This document shows positions 9,718-20,289 of a stretch of 64,000 bases of DNA, one piece after another. The translations under genes were made by a program, and so were the position numbers. Location: the NCBI GenBank assembly GCA_965240465.1, contig OZ251219.1:151046-215045 (forward strand), in the 5' to 3' direction. The notes beneath the pieces are model-generated. The model saw nothing but the letters and a program-made list of their open reading frames with translations, searched no databases and was not told the origin of the DNA. Position 1 is the stretch's first letter; each line of letters starts with the position of its first letter. This stretch comes from a bacterium. GTDB lineage: Bacteria; SAR324; JACQKK01.

Positions 9718-12700
9718 TTATTGTTCTGCTTCTAATAACTGCTGGCGTTGTGCCTCTAGTTCAGCAGCGGCGGCTTCATCAGTGATGCGATAGGTGGTGT
9801 TTTTGAAATCACGGAAACCGGTTCCACAAGGAATAAGCCTTCCCATGATCACATTTTCCTTAAGACCACGTAGATAATCAACCTTGCCCTGGATGGCAGA
9901 TTCGGTAAGTACCTTGGTAGTCTCTTGGAAAGAGGCTGCAGAAATGAATGAATCGGTACTTAGAGCTGCCTTAGTTATGCCTTGTAGAACCACCTTACCT
10001 CTGGCGGGTTCTTTATTGGTAGCAATAGCATCTGAATTAGCACGTTCAAAATCCTTGCGAGACACCAGCTCATTGATTAGGAAGGTAGTGCTACCCGGAT
10101 CTATAACTCGAATTTGACGTAACATTTGACGGACAATCACCTCAATGTGTTTATCGTGAATGCCTACTCCTTGCAGGCGATATACCTCTTGTACTTCATC
10201 CACCATGTATTTTTGGAGCTCTTTAGTACCCAATACAGCAAGCATATCGTGAGGGTTAGCCAAACCATCTACAATGGAATCCCCAGCACGAACATAATCA
10301 CCCTCATGGACGATGATATGTTTTCCACTTGGAATCAAGTATTCCTTTGCATCTCCTTGCTCAGGGGTAACAATCACCTTATGTTTGCGCTTAACATCCT
10401 TTCCAAAGCTCACTTGGCCATCAATTTCAGATATTATGGAAGTTTCTTTGGGTATGCGTGCTTCAAAAAGTTCTGCCACCCTAGGGAGACCGCCAGTAAT
10501 ATCGCGATTCCTAAGGATTTCCCGTGGTAGTCGAGCAAGCACTGTGCCTGTTTCTACCTGTTGTCCTTCTTCCACCATTAATTCTGCTTTGGCAGGCAAG
10601 CTAACCCGAGCTGGTTGACTACCATCAAAAGATTTTACTACAGCACCGTTTTTGTCATAAATAGAGATAGTCGGGCGAAATCCAGCTGAAGGTTCCACAA
10701 TTACTCTACGAGACAGTCCAGTTTCTTTGTTCACCTGTTCTATCATAGTGTTGCCTTCAACAATATCAGAGAATCTAACTATTCCTGAAGCACCAGAAAG
10801 GATAGGTACAACAAAAGGGTCCCACTCTGCCAGTGCCTGACCACGTTTGATATCCGTTCCCGAAGACACCAACATAATTGCTCCTACTGGGAGAGCTCGT
10901 TGCTCTAGTTCTTGTCCTTCTTCATTAACCACTAAGGCTTCGGCTTTACGACTCATAACAACCCCCCTTCCATCGTTGTTTCTTACGACCCGCATCTGGC
11001 TGTAATCTAGCTTCCCAGAGAATTTGGCATCCCAACGACTGATCTCTGCGCGCTTACTAGCCGCACCACCCATGTGGAAAGTACGCATTGTTAACTGTGT
11101 CCCGGGTTCGCCAATACTTTGAGCCGCAATCACACCCACAGCTTCTCCATGAGCAATAATCCGCCCCCGAGACAAATCACGACCGTAGCATAACGCACAA
11201 ATTCCGTGTTCCTGACGGCATGTCAATACCGATCTAATCCACATTCTTTCAATACCAGCCTCTTCAATAGAATGAGCTATTGCCTCGTCAATTTGTTCAC
11301 CGGCTTTTACCATCAAAGAATTGTTAGTTGGGTCCGACACATCTTCCAAAGACACTCTACCTACCACCCTTTCGCCAAGAGTTTCTATGATCTCTCCTGC
11401 TTCAATAAGTGCAGTAATTTCAATGCCATCCATGCTACCGCAATCATTATTGGTTATGATGGCATCCTGTGCTACATCTACCAATCTACGGGTCAAATAA
11501 CCCGAATTTGCTGTCTTTAGAGCCGTATCGGCTAAGCCCTTACGTGCTCCGTGAGCGGAAATAAAGTACTGCAAAACGCTGAGGCCTTCACGAAAATTTG
11601 CAGTAATAGGAGTTTCTATGATCTCACCCGAGGGCTTGGCCATCAACCCCCGCATACCCGCCAACTGCTTCATTTGCTGTGGGCTACCCCTAGCACCAGA
11701 ATCTGACATCACAAAAATAGAATTGGTCGTTCCTTCACGCAGTTGTTGACTGCTACTTAAATTCTTCAGCATGGTGTCAGCAACTTGGTCTGTGAGGCGT
11801 GCCCAAACATCAATTACTTTATTGTAGCGTTCTCCTTCAGTGATCAAGCCATCCACATATTGTTGACGTACTTCTAGTACCTCATTTTCTGCCTGATTCA
11901 GTAATTTTGCCTTCTCTTTCGGAATTGCCATGTCCTCAATAGAAATTGAGAATCCTGCTTTAGTAGCATGATGAAAACCCAGAATCTTGATGGCATCCAA
12001 CATTCTCAAAGCCACTTTACTACCACCCACTATGTTGGCTTGATCAACCAGAGCAGCCAATTCACGCTTTTTCAACAATCTATTGACCATTACAAAAGGC
12101 ACTTGTGGTGGCACGTGGTTATACAAAAGTGCCCTTCCAACAGTGGTATTTTCCACATTTTCGTGTATCCTGATGCGAATTCGGTCATGAAGCTTGACAC
12201 AGTTGTGATCATAAGCCAGCTGTAGTTCTTCTAATGAGAAGAAGAATTTACCCTGACCTTCTTTTTTTTCTTTGCCACTGAATTCTTTGGTCATCCAATA
12301 GAGTCCCAGCACCATATCCTGGGTAGGTGCCATAATAGGTTTCCCATTGGCAGAAGATAGAATGTTGTTGCTGGACATCATCAGTACTCGTGCTTCTAGT
12401 TGGGCTTCAATCGACAGCGGTATGTGAACAGCCATTTGGTCGCCATCAAAATCGGCATTGAATGCAGTACAAACCAGAGGATGTAATTGAATGGCTTTTC
12501 CTTCCACCAATAGAGGTTCAAACGCCTGAATCCCCAAGCGATGTAGCGTAGGTGCACGATTGAGCAATATCGGATGTTCCTTTATCACTTCATCTAGTAC
12601 CTCCCACACTTCAAGCCTGTGTTCCTCCACCATTTTTTTAGCTACCTTAATGGTAGATACCCCATAATTGGCCATCAATTTATGAAAAATAAAAGGCTTG

Positions 12701-13845
12701 AACAATTCCATAGCCATCAATTTTGGCAAGCCGCACTGATGAAGTTTGAGTTCAGGGCCTACAACAATCACGGTGCGTCCAGAATAATCAACTCGTTTTC
12801 CCAACAAATTCTGCCTAAAACGTCCCTGCTTACCCTTCAAAATATCACTCAGAGATTTCAAGGCACGCCTGTTATTGCCCAGAATAGGGCGTCCTCGTCT
12901 ACCATTGTCCAATAATGCATCTACTGCCTCTTGTAGCATTCGCTTCTCGTTGCGTAGAATCAGATCCGGTGCTAGTAGGTGAAGCAACCTCCTAAGACGA
13001 TTGTTACGATGAATGACACGACGATATAAATCGTTCAAATCGCTGGTAGCAAAGCGTCCTCCATCTAAAGGCACCAATGGGCGAAGCTCTGGAGACAAAA
13101 CCGGTAGCACATCAATAATCATGGAAGCTGATTCATTACCTGATTTCCTCATTGCTTCTACTATCTTTAGAAGCTTTATCACCTTTTTACGCTTAGCTTC
13201 CGAGGTTGCCGACCGCATTTCTTCATGCATCTCTTGGCTGATGAGATCCAAATCCATGTCCGCTAAAATACCTTTGATTGTTTCTGCGCCCATGCCAATT
13301 TGCAAATCAGGATACTGATCTTGCAAATCTTCGGCTTGATCTTCTTCCACCAATTCGCGTTCCTTTAAGGGGGAGCTCCCAGGTTGAATAACCACATAGG
13401 CGTCATAGTACAACACTCGCTCTAATTCTCTCAGCGGCATATCCAGGAGATTAGCCATCCGACTAGGGATACCTTTCAAAAACCAGACATGAGAAACAGG
13501 ACAAGCCAACTGAATATGCCCCAATCTCTCCCTACGCACCCGAGATTGAATCACCTCCACCCCGCATTTTTCGCAAGTAATGCCACGATGCTTCATGCGT
13601 TTGTACTTTCCACACAAACACTCATAATCGTGATTTGGCCCAAATATTCTGGCACAGAATAGTCCATCCTTTTCTGGCTTAAAAGTTCGGTAATTTATGG
13701 TTTCAGAAGTTTTAACTTCGCCGTGAGACCACGACAAGATTTCCTCAGCAGAAGCCATCCGAATACGCACCTTAGAAAAGTTTATATTGTCGGACTGCGG
13801 CTGTCTTTGTTGTTTAGCCAGGAATGAGGTAGTAGCAATGTTCAT
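9718..13845 (-). CDS. rpoC: DNA-directed RNA polymerase subunit beta-prime
   Basis: 1375-aa ORF with the zinc motif CxCGK...C..CGVEV, the catalytic [12 protein letters not shown] motif and trigger-loop/bridge-helix regions. Directly downstream of rpoB. Confidence 0.99.
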   Translation of the reverse strand: MNIATTSFLAKQQRQPQSDNINFSKVRIRMASAEEILSWSHGEVKTSETINYRTFKPEKDGLFCARIFGPNHDYECLCGKYKRMKHRGITCEKCGVEVIQSRVRRERLGHIQLACPVSHVWFLKGIPSRMANLLDMPLRELERVLYYDAYVVIQPGSSPLKERELVEEDQAEDLQDQYPDLQIGMGAETIKGILADMDLDLISQEMHEEMRSATSEAKRKKVIKLLKIVEAMRKSGNESASMIIDVLPVLSPELRPLVPLDGGRFATSDLNDLYRRVIHRNNRLRRLLHLLAPDLILRNEKRMLQEAVDALLDNGRRGRPILGNNRRALKSLSDILKGKQGRFRQNLLGKRVDYSGRTVIVVGPELKLHQCGLPKLMAMELFKPFIFHKLMANYGVSTIKVAKKMVEEHRLEVWEVLDEVIKEHPILLNRAPTLHRLGIQAFEPLLVEGKAIQLHPLVCTAFNADFDGDQMAVHIPLSIEAQLEARVLMMSSNNILSSANGKPIMAPTQDMVLGLYWMTKEFSGKEKKEGQGKFFFSLEELQLAYDHNCVKLHDRIRIRIHENVENTTVGRALLYNHVPPQVPFVMVNRLLKKRELAALVDQANIVGGSKVALRMLDAIKILGFHHATKAGFSISIEDMAIPKEKAKLLNQAENEVLEVRQQYVDGLITEGERYNKVIDVWARLTDQVADTMLKNLSSSQQLREGTTNSIFVMSDSGARGSPQQMKQLAGMRGLMAKPSGEIIETPITANFREGLSVLQYFISAHGARKGLADTALKTANSGYLTRRLVDVAQDAIITNNDCGSMDGIEITALIEAGEIIETLGERVVGRVSLEDVSDPTNNSLMVKAGEQIDEAIAHSIEEAGIERMWIRSVLTCRQEHGICALCYGRDLSRGRIIAHGEAVGVIAAQSIGEPGTQLTMRTFHMGGAASKRAEISRWDAKFSGKLDYSQMRVVRNNDGRGVVMSRKAEALVVNEEGQELEQRALPVGAIMLVSSGTDIKRGQALAEWDPFVVPILSGASGIVRFSDIVEGNTMIEQVNKETGLSRRVIVEPSAGFRPTISIYDKNGAVVKSFDGSQPARVSLPAKAELMVEEGQQVETGTVLARLPREILRNRDITGGLPRVAELFEARIPKETSIISEIDGQVSFGKDVKRKHKVIVTPEQGDAKEYLIPSGKHIIVHEGDYVRAGDSIVDGLANPHDMLAVLGTKELQKYMVDEVQEVYRLQGVGIHDKHIEVIVRQMLRQIRVIDPGSTTFLINELVSRKDFERANSDAIATNKEPARGKVVLQGITKAALSTDSFISAASFQETTKVLTESAIQGKVDYLRGLKENVIMGRLIPCGTGFRDFKNTTYRITDEAAAAELEAQRQQLLEAEQ

Positions 13846-13922
13846 GTATGCCTAAGGAAAAAATAAAAATAGCAATCAAAGAATTAAGTATAAAGGATGA
13901 TAAACAAATTTCAGCCAAGCCA

Positions 13923-16900
13923 TTAAAGTAAATCTACGCTCAAGCAAAGACTTTTTAATTCATTGGTAAGCACCTTGAAAGATTCAGGAACACTAGTTTC
14001 CATTGCATAATTTCCTTTCACAATAGATTCATAGATGCTGTTTCTACCTATGATATCATCAGACTTCACCGCCAACATTTCCTGCAGAGTGAATGCCGAG
14101 CCATAGGCTTGCAGAGCCCAAACTTCCATTTCACCGAAGCGCTGGCCACCAAATTGAGCCTTGCCTCCTAGTGGTTGCTGAGTAACTAGGGAATAAGGGC
14201 CAATGGAACGTGCATGAATTTTTTCGTCCACCAAATGATGAAGCTTCATCATATAGATTTTTCCCACGGTCACAAATTGATCAAATGGTTCTCCTGTAAA
14301 ACCGTCATAGAGGGTAATTTGTCCAGAACTAGGTAGCTGGGCTAATTTTAGCAAGCGGAGGATATCGCTTTCTTTGGCACCATCAAAAACAGGGGTAGCC
14401 AAGTGAATGCCGTCCTGAAAGTCTGATACCAATTCCAGCAAGGCCTCATCATTCAGAGATTGAAAGTACTCCTGTACTCCCTCGTTTTTATAAACTTCAT
14501 TTAGGTACTCACGTAATTTAGCTATCGGATGATGCTGTTTCACCATATCATTCAACTGTTTTCCCAGTTCGTGAGCAGCCCAACCTAAGTGAGTTTCAAG
14601 CACTTGCCCCACATTCATGCGGCTAGGAACACCCAGCGGATTAAGCACTATATCCACAGCCTGACCACCAGCCATATAGGGCATGTTTTCAATGGCTTCA
14701 ATTCGTGAGACCACCCCTTTATTGCCATGGCGGCCAGCCATTTTATCGCCCTCAGATAGCTTACGCTTTACCGCCAGACTGACCTTCACCATCCGAATAA
14801 CCCCGGGGGGAAGATCATCACCTTCTTTCAATCTATCGCAACGGTTATGGTACACTTTCTCCAGTAATTTCACCTGCGTTAAAGCAGCAGAAATAATTCT
14901 GCGTAGTTTGCGATCAGTATTCGCATCCGATACATGCACTTCATCCCATGCTTGCAGAGGGATACTATCTGCTACCTCAGCCGTTATTTTCTGTCCCTTT
15001 TTGCACAAAACCTCCCGACTGCCAGTACGAACCACATCAAATGCCAATTTTTTATTCCCCACAAGCTTTAACGCCAATTGCAACAAATTCTCTCGCACAA
15101 TCCGTACTTCATCCCGATAGTCTTTTGAAAATTGCTCCAGTGTTTCTTCCGCTATTTGCTTACTGCGATCATCTTTTTCTAGCCCTTTGCGGTTGAAAAC
15201 AACCACATTAATCACTACCCCAGAAATTCCTTGAGCAACCCGCAACGAAGTATCCCGAACATCACCTGCCTTTCCACCAAAGATGGCTCGCAACAGTTTC
15301 TCCTCTGGATTAGGCTGAGTCTCTCCCTTAGGGGTTACCTTTGCTACCAGGATGTCGCCTTGTTTCACGTACGTGCCGATCCGAACAATCCCACTGGCAT
15401 CCAAATTACGTAAAACCTCTTCTCCCACATTTGGAATGTCTCTGGTAATGTCTTCCTGACCCAGCTTGGTCTCACGTGCAACAATCTCTAACTCTTCAAT
15501 ATGGATGGAGGTAAACAGGTCGTCGTGCAACACCCGCTCTGAAACCAATATAGAATCCTCAAAATTGTAGCCATTCCAGGGCATAAATGCCACCAGCAGG
15601 TTCTGCCCCAAAGCTAACTCACCTTTATCACAAGAGCTGCCATCAGCAATGATATCACCTACTTCCACTCTTTGGCCAACTTTCACGATCGGACGCTGGT
15701 TGATGCAAATATTCTGATTAGAACTCCTAAATTTTGAAAGATGGTAAATATCAATATTGGGAGTGTTATCATAGTCCACACCGATGTTAACATCAGATTG
15801 AACTATAACGCGTGCGGAGTCCAAGCGATTTACTACTCCTGCACGACTAGCTACCAAGCAAGCCCCTGAATCTGCTACGGTTTTTCTTTCCATGCCAGTG
15901 CCCACCAACGGGGCTTTTGGATCAATCAGAGGTACCGCTTGTCGTTGCATATTGGAACCCATCAGAGCTCGATTAGCATCATCATGCTCCAGAAAAGGAA
16001 TTAGAGATGCTGCGGTGGACACCAATTGATGCGGAGCAACATCCATATAATCAATTTCTTGGGCTTCAATCATTTCAAAATCGCCTTTGTGGCGTGCCGA
16101 TATTAATGGGTTCGCAAATTTTCTGTTCTTATCTAAGACAGCATTAGCTTGGGCGATTTTGAATTGGTCTTCTTCCACCGCAGATAGCAAGGCCACATCA
16201 GATAGTACCTTGGCTTTTTCTACCCTATGATAAGGAGTTTCAATAAATCCAAATTCATTTACAGATGCATAAATAGCTAAAGAAGCAATCAAGCCAATGT
16301 TAGGTCCCTCAGGCGTTTCTACTGGACAGATACGCCCATAGTGAGAAGAATGCACATCACGGACATCAAACCCAGCCCACTCACGGGTAAGACCGCCTGG
16401 ACCCAGAGCACTGAGACGCCTCTTGTGGGTTATTTCCGCCAAGGGATTGGTCTGATCCATAAATTGCGATAACTGACTACTACCAAAGAATTCGTTAACG
16501 GCCGCAGAAACTGGTTTAACATTAACGATGTCATGTAGCATCATTGATTCTGATTCCTGCAAGCTCATACGCTCTTTTATGGTGCGTTCCATGCGTACCA
16601 GCCCCACTCGGAATTGGTTTTCCAGCAATTCCCCCACCGCACGAACTCGCCTATTTCCCAGGTGGTCAATATCATCTACTGTTCCATTCCCTTCTCTCAA
16701 GTGTAGTAGATAACCTACAGTTTTTAAGATGTCTTCTTCTGTAAGTACAGTATTGTCCAGGCTCTCTTCTATACCTAGTTTTTTATTAAGTTTTAATCTT
16801 CCTACGCGAGACAAGCTGTAGCGTTCTGGATTAAAGAACAAGTTATTTAACAAAGAGCGAGCTGTTTCAAGGGTCGGAGGATCCCCTGGTTTCATACGCC

Positions 16901-18182
16901 TATAGAGTTCAATTTTTGCTTCATCGGGAGAACTTAAGCCATCTGATGCCAATGTTTCTCTGAAGGAATCTCCGATAGTGTTTTCTGCGGTGCACAGGAA
17001 GGATACCTGCTTGATACCCTCTTTGAGGATATTTTCCAAGTGTTCTTCAGTCAGTTGGCAATTAGCGGATATAATTACTTCGCCATTACCAGCTAGAATT
17101 TCCTGATCGGTATAGCGTCCAACCACATTTTCCGCAGTGGTGGGAATTTGCTTTATCCCAGCTTGCTCGAGCTTTCTCAGTAGCACATTAGTAATACGAC
17201 GACCCTTAGGAGCTAGCAATTTTTTAGACTGAGGATCTTTAATATCTAAGAGAATCCTTTGTTGAAGTAGAGTACTGGCATTAAACTCTTGGAAGAACTT
17301 GCGTTTTTCAGGTGGTTTTCCTACGGCTTGGGAAGTATCTATTTTTTCAGTGGAATAAAATCGGTTGAGCAATTCTTGTTCGCCGTATCCCAAGGCACGT
17401 AGCAAAATAGTCACCGGAAATTTTCTTTTACGGTCTACGCGAGCGTAGAAAATATCTTTGGAATCAAATTCAAAATCTACCCAAGAACCCCGCTGAGGAA
17501 TAATTCTAGCGGTGTAGAATTTTTTTCCTGTAGCACTGGTTTTAGTACTGTCATGAGTAAAAAACACCCCAGGACTTTTGTGCATTTGGCTAACAATAAC
17601 CCGTTCTGTTCCATTGATGATAAAACCACCTTGGTCTGTCATAACGGGTAAGTCGTCAAGATAAACATCTTGTTCCTTGACCTCACGTATTTTCTTATTT
17701 TCTTTGGAAGATTCTTTGTCCCAAAGAACCATACGTAGTGCAATTCGTAACGGGCGAGAATAGGTAACCCCACGAATACGACATTCAGTTTCTGTGTAAT
17801 GTGGTTCCCCTAGGGTATAGTGAACATAATCTAAGGTAGAAGTGTTGCTAAAATCGGAGATGGGGAAGATAGAGCGAAGTATTGCTTCCAACCCCACATT
17901 TTCACGCTTATCTGGAGGAACATCCAGTTGCAGAAATTTACGAAAAGAACACACTTGAACATCCAGCAGATGAGGCATGGGAGGAGCCTCAATACTGCCG
18001 AATGAAACGCGTGCTCGGTTTTGGAAGTGACGGAATTTACCTGCCAAGCCATTACCATTATTGGTATCAATAGCAGTTACACTAGTCTTTGTTTTGGAAG
18101 CAACAGGCGATTTTTCTATATCTTTTAGGGTCGTTTTTAGGGGAGATTTAGACGTTTTTAATTCAGGGGTTTTGGCAGCCAT
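13923..18182 (-). CDS. rpoB: DNA-directed RNA polymerase subunit beta
   Basis: 1419-aa ORF. Rif-cluster region [32 protein letters not shown], plus [18 protein letters not shown] and [13 protein letters not shown]. It carries about 46 extra N-terminal residues relative to the E. coli-type start; an alternative TTG at 18047 is possible. Confidence 0.99.
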   Translation of the reverse strand: MAAKTPELKTSKSPLKTTLKDIEKSPVASKTKTSVTAIDTNNGNGLAGKFRHFQNRARVSFGSIEAPPMPHLLDVQVCSFRKFLQLDVPPDKRENVGLEAILRSIFPISDFSNTSTLDYVHYTLGEPHYTETECRIRGVTYSRPLRIALRMVLWDKESSKENKKIREVKEQDVYLDDLPVMTDQGGFIINGTERVIVSQMHKSPGVFFTHDSTKTSATGKKFYTARIIPQRGSWVDFEFDSKDIFYARVDRKRKFPVTILLRALGYGEQELLNRFYSTEKIDTSQAVGKPPEKRKFFQEFNASTLLQQRILLDIKDPQSKKLLAPKGRRITNVLLRKLEQAGIKQIPTTAENVVGRYTDQEILAGNGEVIISANCQLTEEHLENILKEGIKQVSFLCTAENTIGDSFRETLASDGLSSPDEAKIELYRRMKPGDPPTLETARSLLNNLFFNPERYSLSRVGRLKLNKKLGIEESLDNTVLTEEDILKTVGYLLHLREGNGTVDDIDHLGNRRVRAVGELLENQFRVGLVRMERTIKERMSLQESESMMLHDIVNVKPVSAAVNEFFGSSQLSQFMDQTNPLAEITHKRRLSALGPGGLTREWAGFDVRDVHSSHYGRICPVETPEGPNIGLIASLAIYASVNEFGFIETPYHRVEKAKVLSDVALLSAVEEDQFKIAQANAVLDKNRKFANPLISARHKGDFEMIEAQEIDYMDVAPHQLVSTAASLIPFLEHDDANRALMGSNMQRQAVPLIDPKAPLVGTGMERKTVADSGACLVASRAGVVNRLDSARVIVQSDVNIGVDYDNTPNIDIYHLSKFRSSNQNICINQRPIVKVGQRVEVGDIIADGSSCDKGELALGQNLLVAFMPWNGYNFEDSILVSERVLHDDLFTSIHIEELEIVARETKLGQEDITRDIPNVGEEVLRNLDASGIVRIGTYVKQGDILVAKVTPKGETQPNPEEKLLRAIFGGKAGDVRDTSLRVAQGISGVVINVVVFNRKGLEKDDRSKQIAEETLEQFSKDYRDEVRIVRENLLQLALKLVGNKKLAFDVVRTGSREVLCKKGQKITAEVADSIPLQAWDEVHVSDANTDRKLRRIISAALTQVKLLEKVYHNRCDRLKEGDDLPPGVIRMVKVSLAVKRKLSEGDKMAGRHGNKGVVSRIEAIENMPYMAGGQAVDIVLNPLGVPSRMNVGQVLETHLGWAAHELGKQLNDMVKQHHPIAKLREYLNEVYKNEGVQEYFQSLNDEALLELVSDFQDGIHLATPVFDGAKESDILRLLKLAQLPSSGQITLYDGFTGEPFDQFVTVGKIYMMKLHHLVDEKIHARSIGPYSLVTQQPLGGKAQFGGQRFGEMEVWALQAYGSAFTLQEMLAVKSDDIIGRNSIYESIVKGNYAMETSVPESFKVLTNELKSLCLSVDLL

Positions 18183-18465
18183 AAAATTTATAAGCAGAAG
18201 GTAAAAAAGTGATAGTTTAACAGCAAGGCCAGAGACAGAACGACATCAGTCAGCAATTAAGGGCCGACCTGATATTTAGAGCCTGAATAACAGAAACAAC
18301 ATTTGTGCATCTCGCATAAGTGAGCCTATATGTATACCGCAAATTAAAAATAAAAACAATAGGTTTTGCTTGTTTTTCTATTTTTTTTTTACGCTATAAC
18401 TCATCTGTGCAATTAGTGTCTTATCTTTTAGCATCAAAAACCCTGATTTTATTGATTTACTCGGT

Positions 18466-19443
18466 ATGGATATCCAGTCATTCAACTTTATGACAGATAC
18501 CAAACTGTCGCAACAAAAGCTGGTGCTAACGATCGGCAATTTTGACGGTATTCATACTGGGCATCAGGTACTGCTCAAGAGAGTATCCCAAGTTGCCCGC
18601 CAACAAGATGCCACTGCTGGCGTTCTTACTTTTGATCCTCATCCTTCTGCCATTCTAAGAAGGCAGACACCGCCTCTGCTAACGACACAACAACACAAAT
18701 GGTTATTGATGGAAATCTTGGGCATCCAAAAAATATGGGTGGCCGATTTTAATGAAGAACTAGCCTCCATGAGCACCGAGGATTTTGTTTATCGGTTGCT
18801 TCAGCGTCATTTGAAACCTATTCAGATGCTGGTGGGGCAAGACTTCCGCTTTGGATTTCAACGCCGTGGTGATTCCAAAACCCTCTTCAATCTTGGAAAA
18901 CAAGCCGGCTTCTCCGTGGAAATAATTCCAACCGTCAGTAGCAAACATGACAAAATCAGTAGCTCTGTTCTACGTAATGAGATCGCTTCAGCTCGCTTTC
19001 AACAAGTAGCCAGTTTGTTGAAACGCCCCTATAGCATTGTGGGTACTGTACAACACGGCAATAAAAGAGGGCATTCAATCGGTTTTCCTACCATTAATTT
19101 ACAACCTAAATCTACTCTGGCTATTAACTACGGAGTGTTTGCTTGTCAAGTTTTTCTAAAAAATAAATGGTACGATGGTGTTTGTAATTATGGTATCCGC
19201 CCTACCTTTCAACAAACTATCCCCATATTAGAAGCCCACTTGTTTGATTATTCCACCACCTGCTACAATGAAATCGTAGAGATTGTCCCCAGAAAACTAC
19301 TACGCCCAGAAAAACGGTTTTCTTCTCCCCAAGCCCTCACAAAACAACTGAAAAAAGATTGTCAACAAGCAAAAGTATTGCTACCTACCTTGTCCGACCT
19401 TTTACCAAGCCCACTATTTCCTGCCATTGGGGACTATAAATAG
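18466..19443 (+). CDS. ribF: bifunctional riboflavin kinase / FMN adenylyltransferase
   Basis: 325-aa ORF: LTIGNFDGIHTGHQ (adenylyltransferase motif), VLTFDPHP, ISSS.LR, and the C-terminal kinase domain GNKRG..IGFPTINL...LEAHLFD. Confidence 0.93.
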   Translation: MDIQSFNFMTDTKLSQQKLVLTIGNFDGIHTGHQVLLKRVSQVARQQDATAGVLTFDPHPSAILRRQTPPLLTTQQHKWLLMEILGIQKIWVADFNEELASMSTEDFVYRLLQRHLKPIQMLVGQDFRFGFQRRGDSKTLFNLGKQAGFSVEIIPTVSSKHDKISSSVLRNEIASARFQQVASLLKRPYSIVGTVQHGNKRGHSIGFPTINLQPKSTLAINYGVFACQVFLKNKWYDGVCNYGIRPTFQQTIPILEAHLFDYSTTCYNEIVEIVPRKLLRPEKRFSSPQALTKQLKKDCQQAKVLLPTLSDLLPSPLFPAIGDYK

Positions 19444-19609
19444 ACCATCATCCACTAGCAAAAAAATGACTGACAAGAACCACCTTTATAAACTTAGATA
19501 TATTCATCTTTAGGGCTATAGGAGAACTTTATACTGATATTTCATTGCGGACAACAATTAAAAGTGTTATCGTCTATGGGGGTTGTTTCTAGCTGAATGT
19601 CACCAGATC

Positions 19610-20224
19610 ATGAAACTTTCTATTAAAGAATTCTCAAAAAAGAGAAGAGATTCTCAACCTGCCTATGTGTTTGATTTACGCTCAGCCGAAGAGTACCAAA
19701 TTGATCACCTAGCGGGAGCTCACAATTTGCCCTTTCAATATTTAGAGTCCAATCTTCACCGCCTACCTTTTAGCGGTGATATCCTTTTCTATGACGGCGG
19801 CGAAGGAATATCTAAACAAGCGGCAGACATCCTTTGTGAGAACGGCTTCAGCGACTATTTCTTCGTGGAAGAAGGGCATGAGAATTTAAAAAAATTTCTC
19901 AAAGACTCCTCTTTTGATATTAAGCTATCCTGTACCAAGGACGACCCCGTCTCGGTACAAAAAGAAGTCCTCCAAAACCTTCTTAATTTAGAGATAAATC
20001 CTGCAGTTTCTTCACATGGTGGTTATTTTTCCTTGATAGACATCAAAGATAACAATGTTTACGTGGAACTCAGCGGCGGATGCCAAGGATGTGGAATGGT
20101 AGATGTTACACTGCGTCAAGGAGTAGAAAAGCGCATGCGTGAGGTCTTCCCTGATATGACTGCCCTGATAGACATTACGGACCACGCTGAAGGAGAAAAT
20201 CCCTATTATCAGCCTTCCAAATAA
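19610..20224 (+). CDS. fusion protein: rhodanese-homology domain (active-site Cys replaced by Asp) + NfuA-type C-terminal Fe-S scaffold domain
   Basis: The ORF track starts at TTG 19583; ATG 19610 (MKLSIKEF) is more likely. The N-terminal half has the rhodanese fold pattern (YVFDLRSAEEY...GAHNLP...ILFYDGGEGISKQAADIL..GF) with D where the catalytic C normally sits. The C-terminal half, INPAVSSHGGYFSLIDI...SGGCQGCGMVDVTLRQGVEKRMREVFP...ITDH..GENPYY, closely follows the E. coli NfuA C-domain (INPQLAGHGGRVSL...[20 protein letters not shown]). Confidence 0.7.
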   Translation: MKLSIKEFSKKRRDSQPAYVFDLRSAEEYQIDHLAGAHNLPFQYLESNLHRLPFSGDILFYDGGEGISKQAADILCENGFSDYFFVEEGHENLKKFLKDSSFDIKLSCTKDDPVSVQKEVLQNLLNLEINPAVSSHGGYFSLIDIKDNNVYVELSGGCQGCGMVDVTLRQGVEKRMREVFPDMTALIDITDHAEGENPYYQPSK

Positions 20225-20289
20225 CTCATCATCTGCTGCACAAAATAGCGGGTGAGATAATATAGCCAGCTTGTGGCATGGATCTATTT

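Noticed and set aside
9884-18073. Numerous 60-145-aa ORFs antisense to, or out of frame within, rpoC and rpoB (for example 10126..10530, 14683..15120, 17831..18070).
   Set aside because: All lie inside two very strongly supported long genes and have no recognisable motifs. They are typical shadow ORFs. The same applies to shadow ORFs inside menD, dnaK, dnaJ, hisD, fmt, htrA and others.
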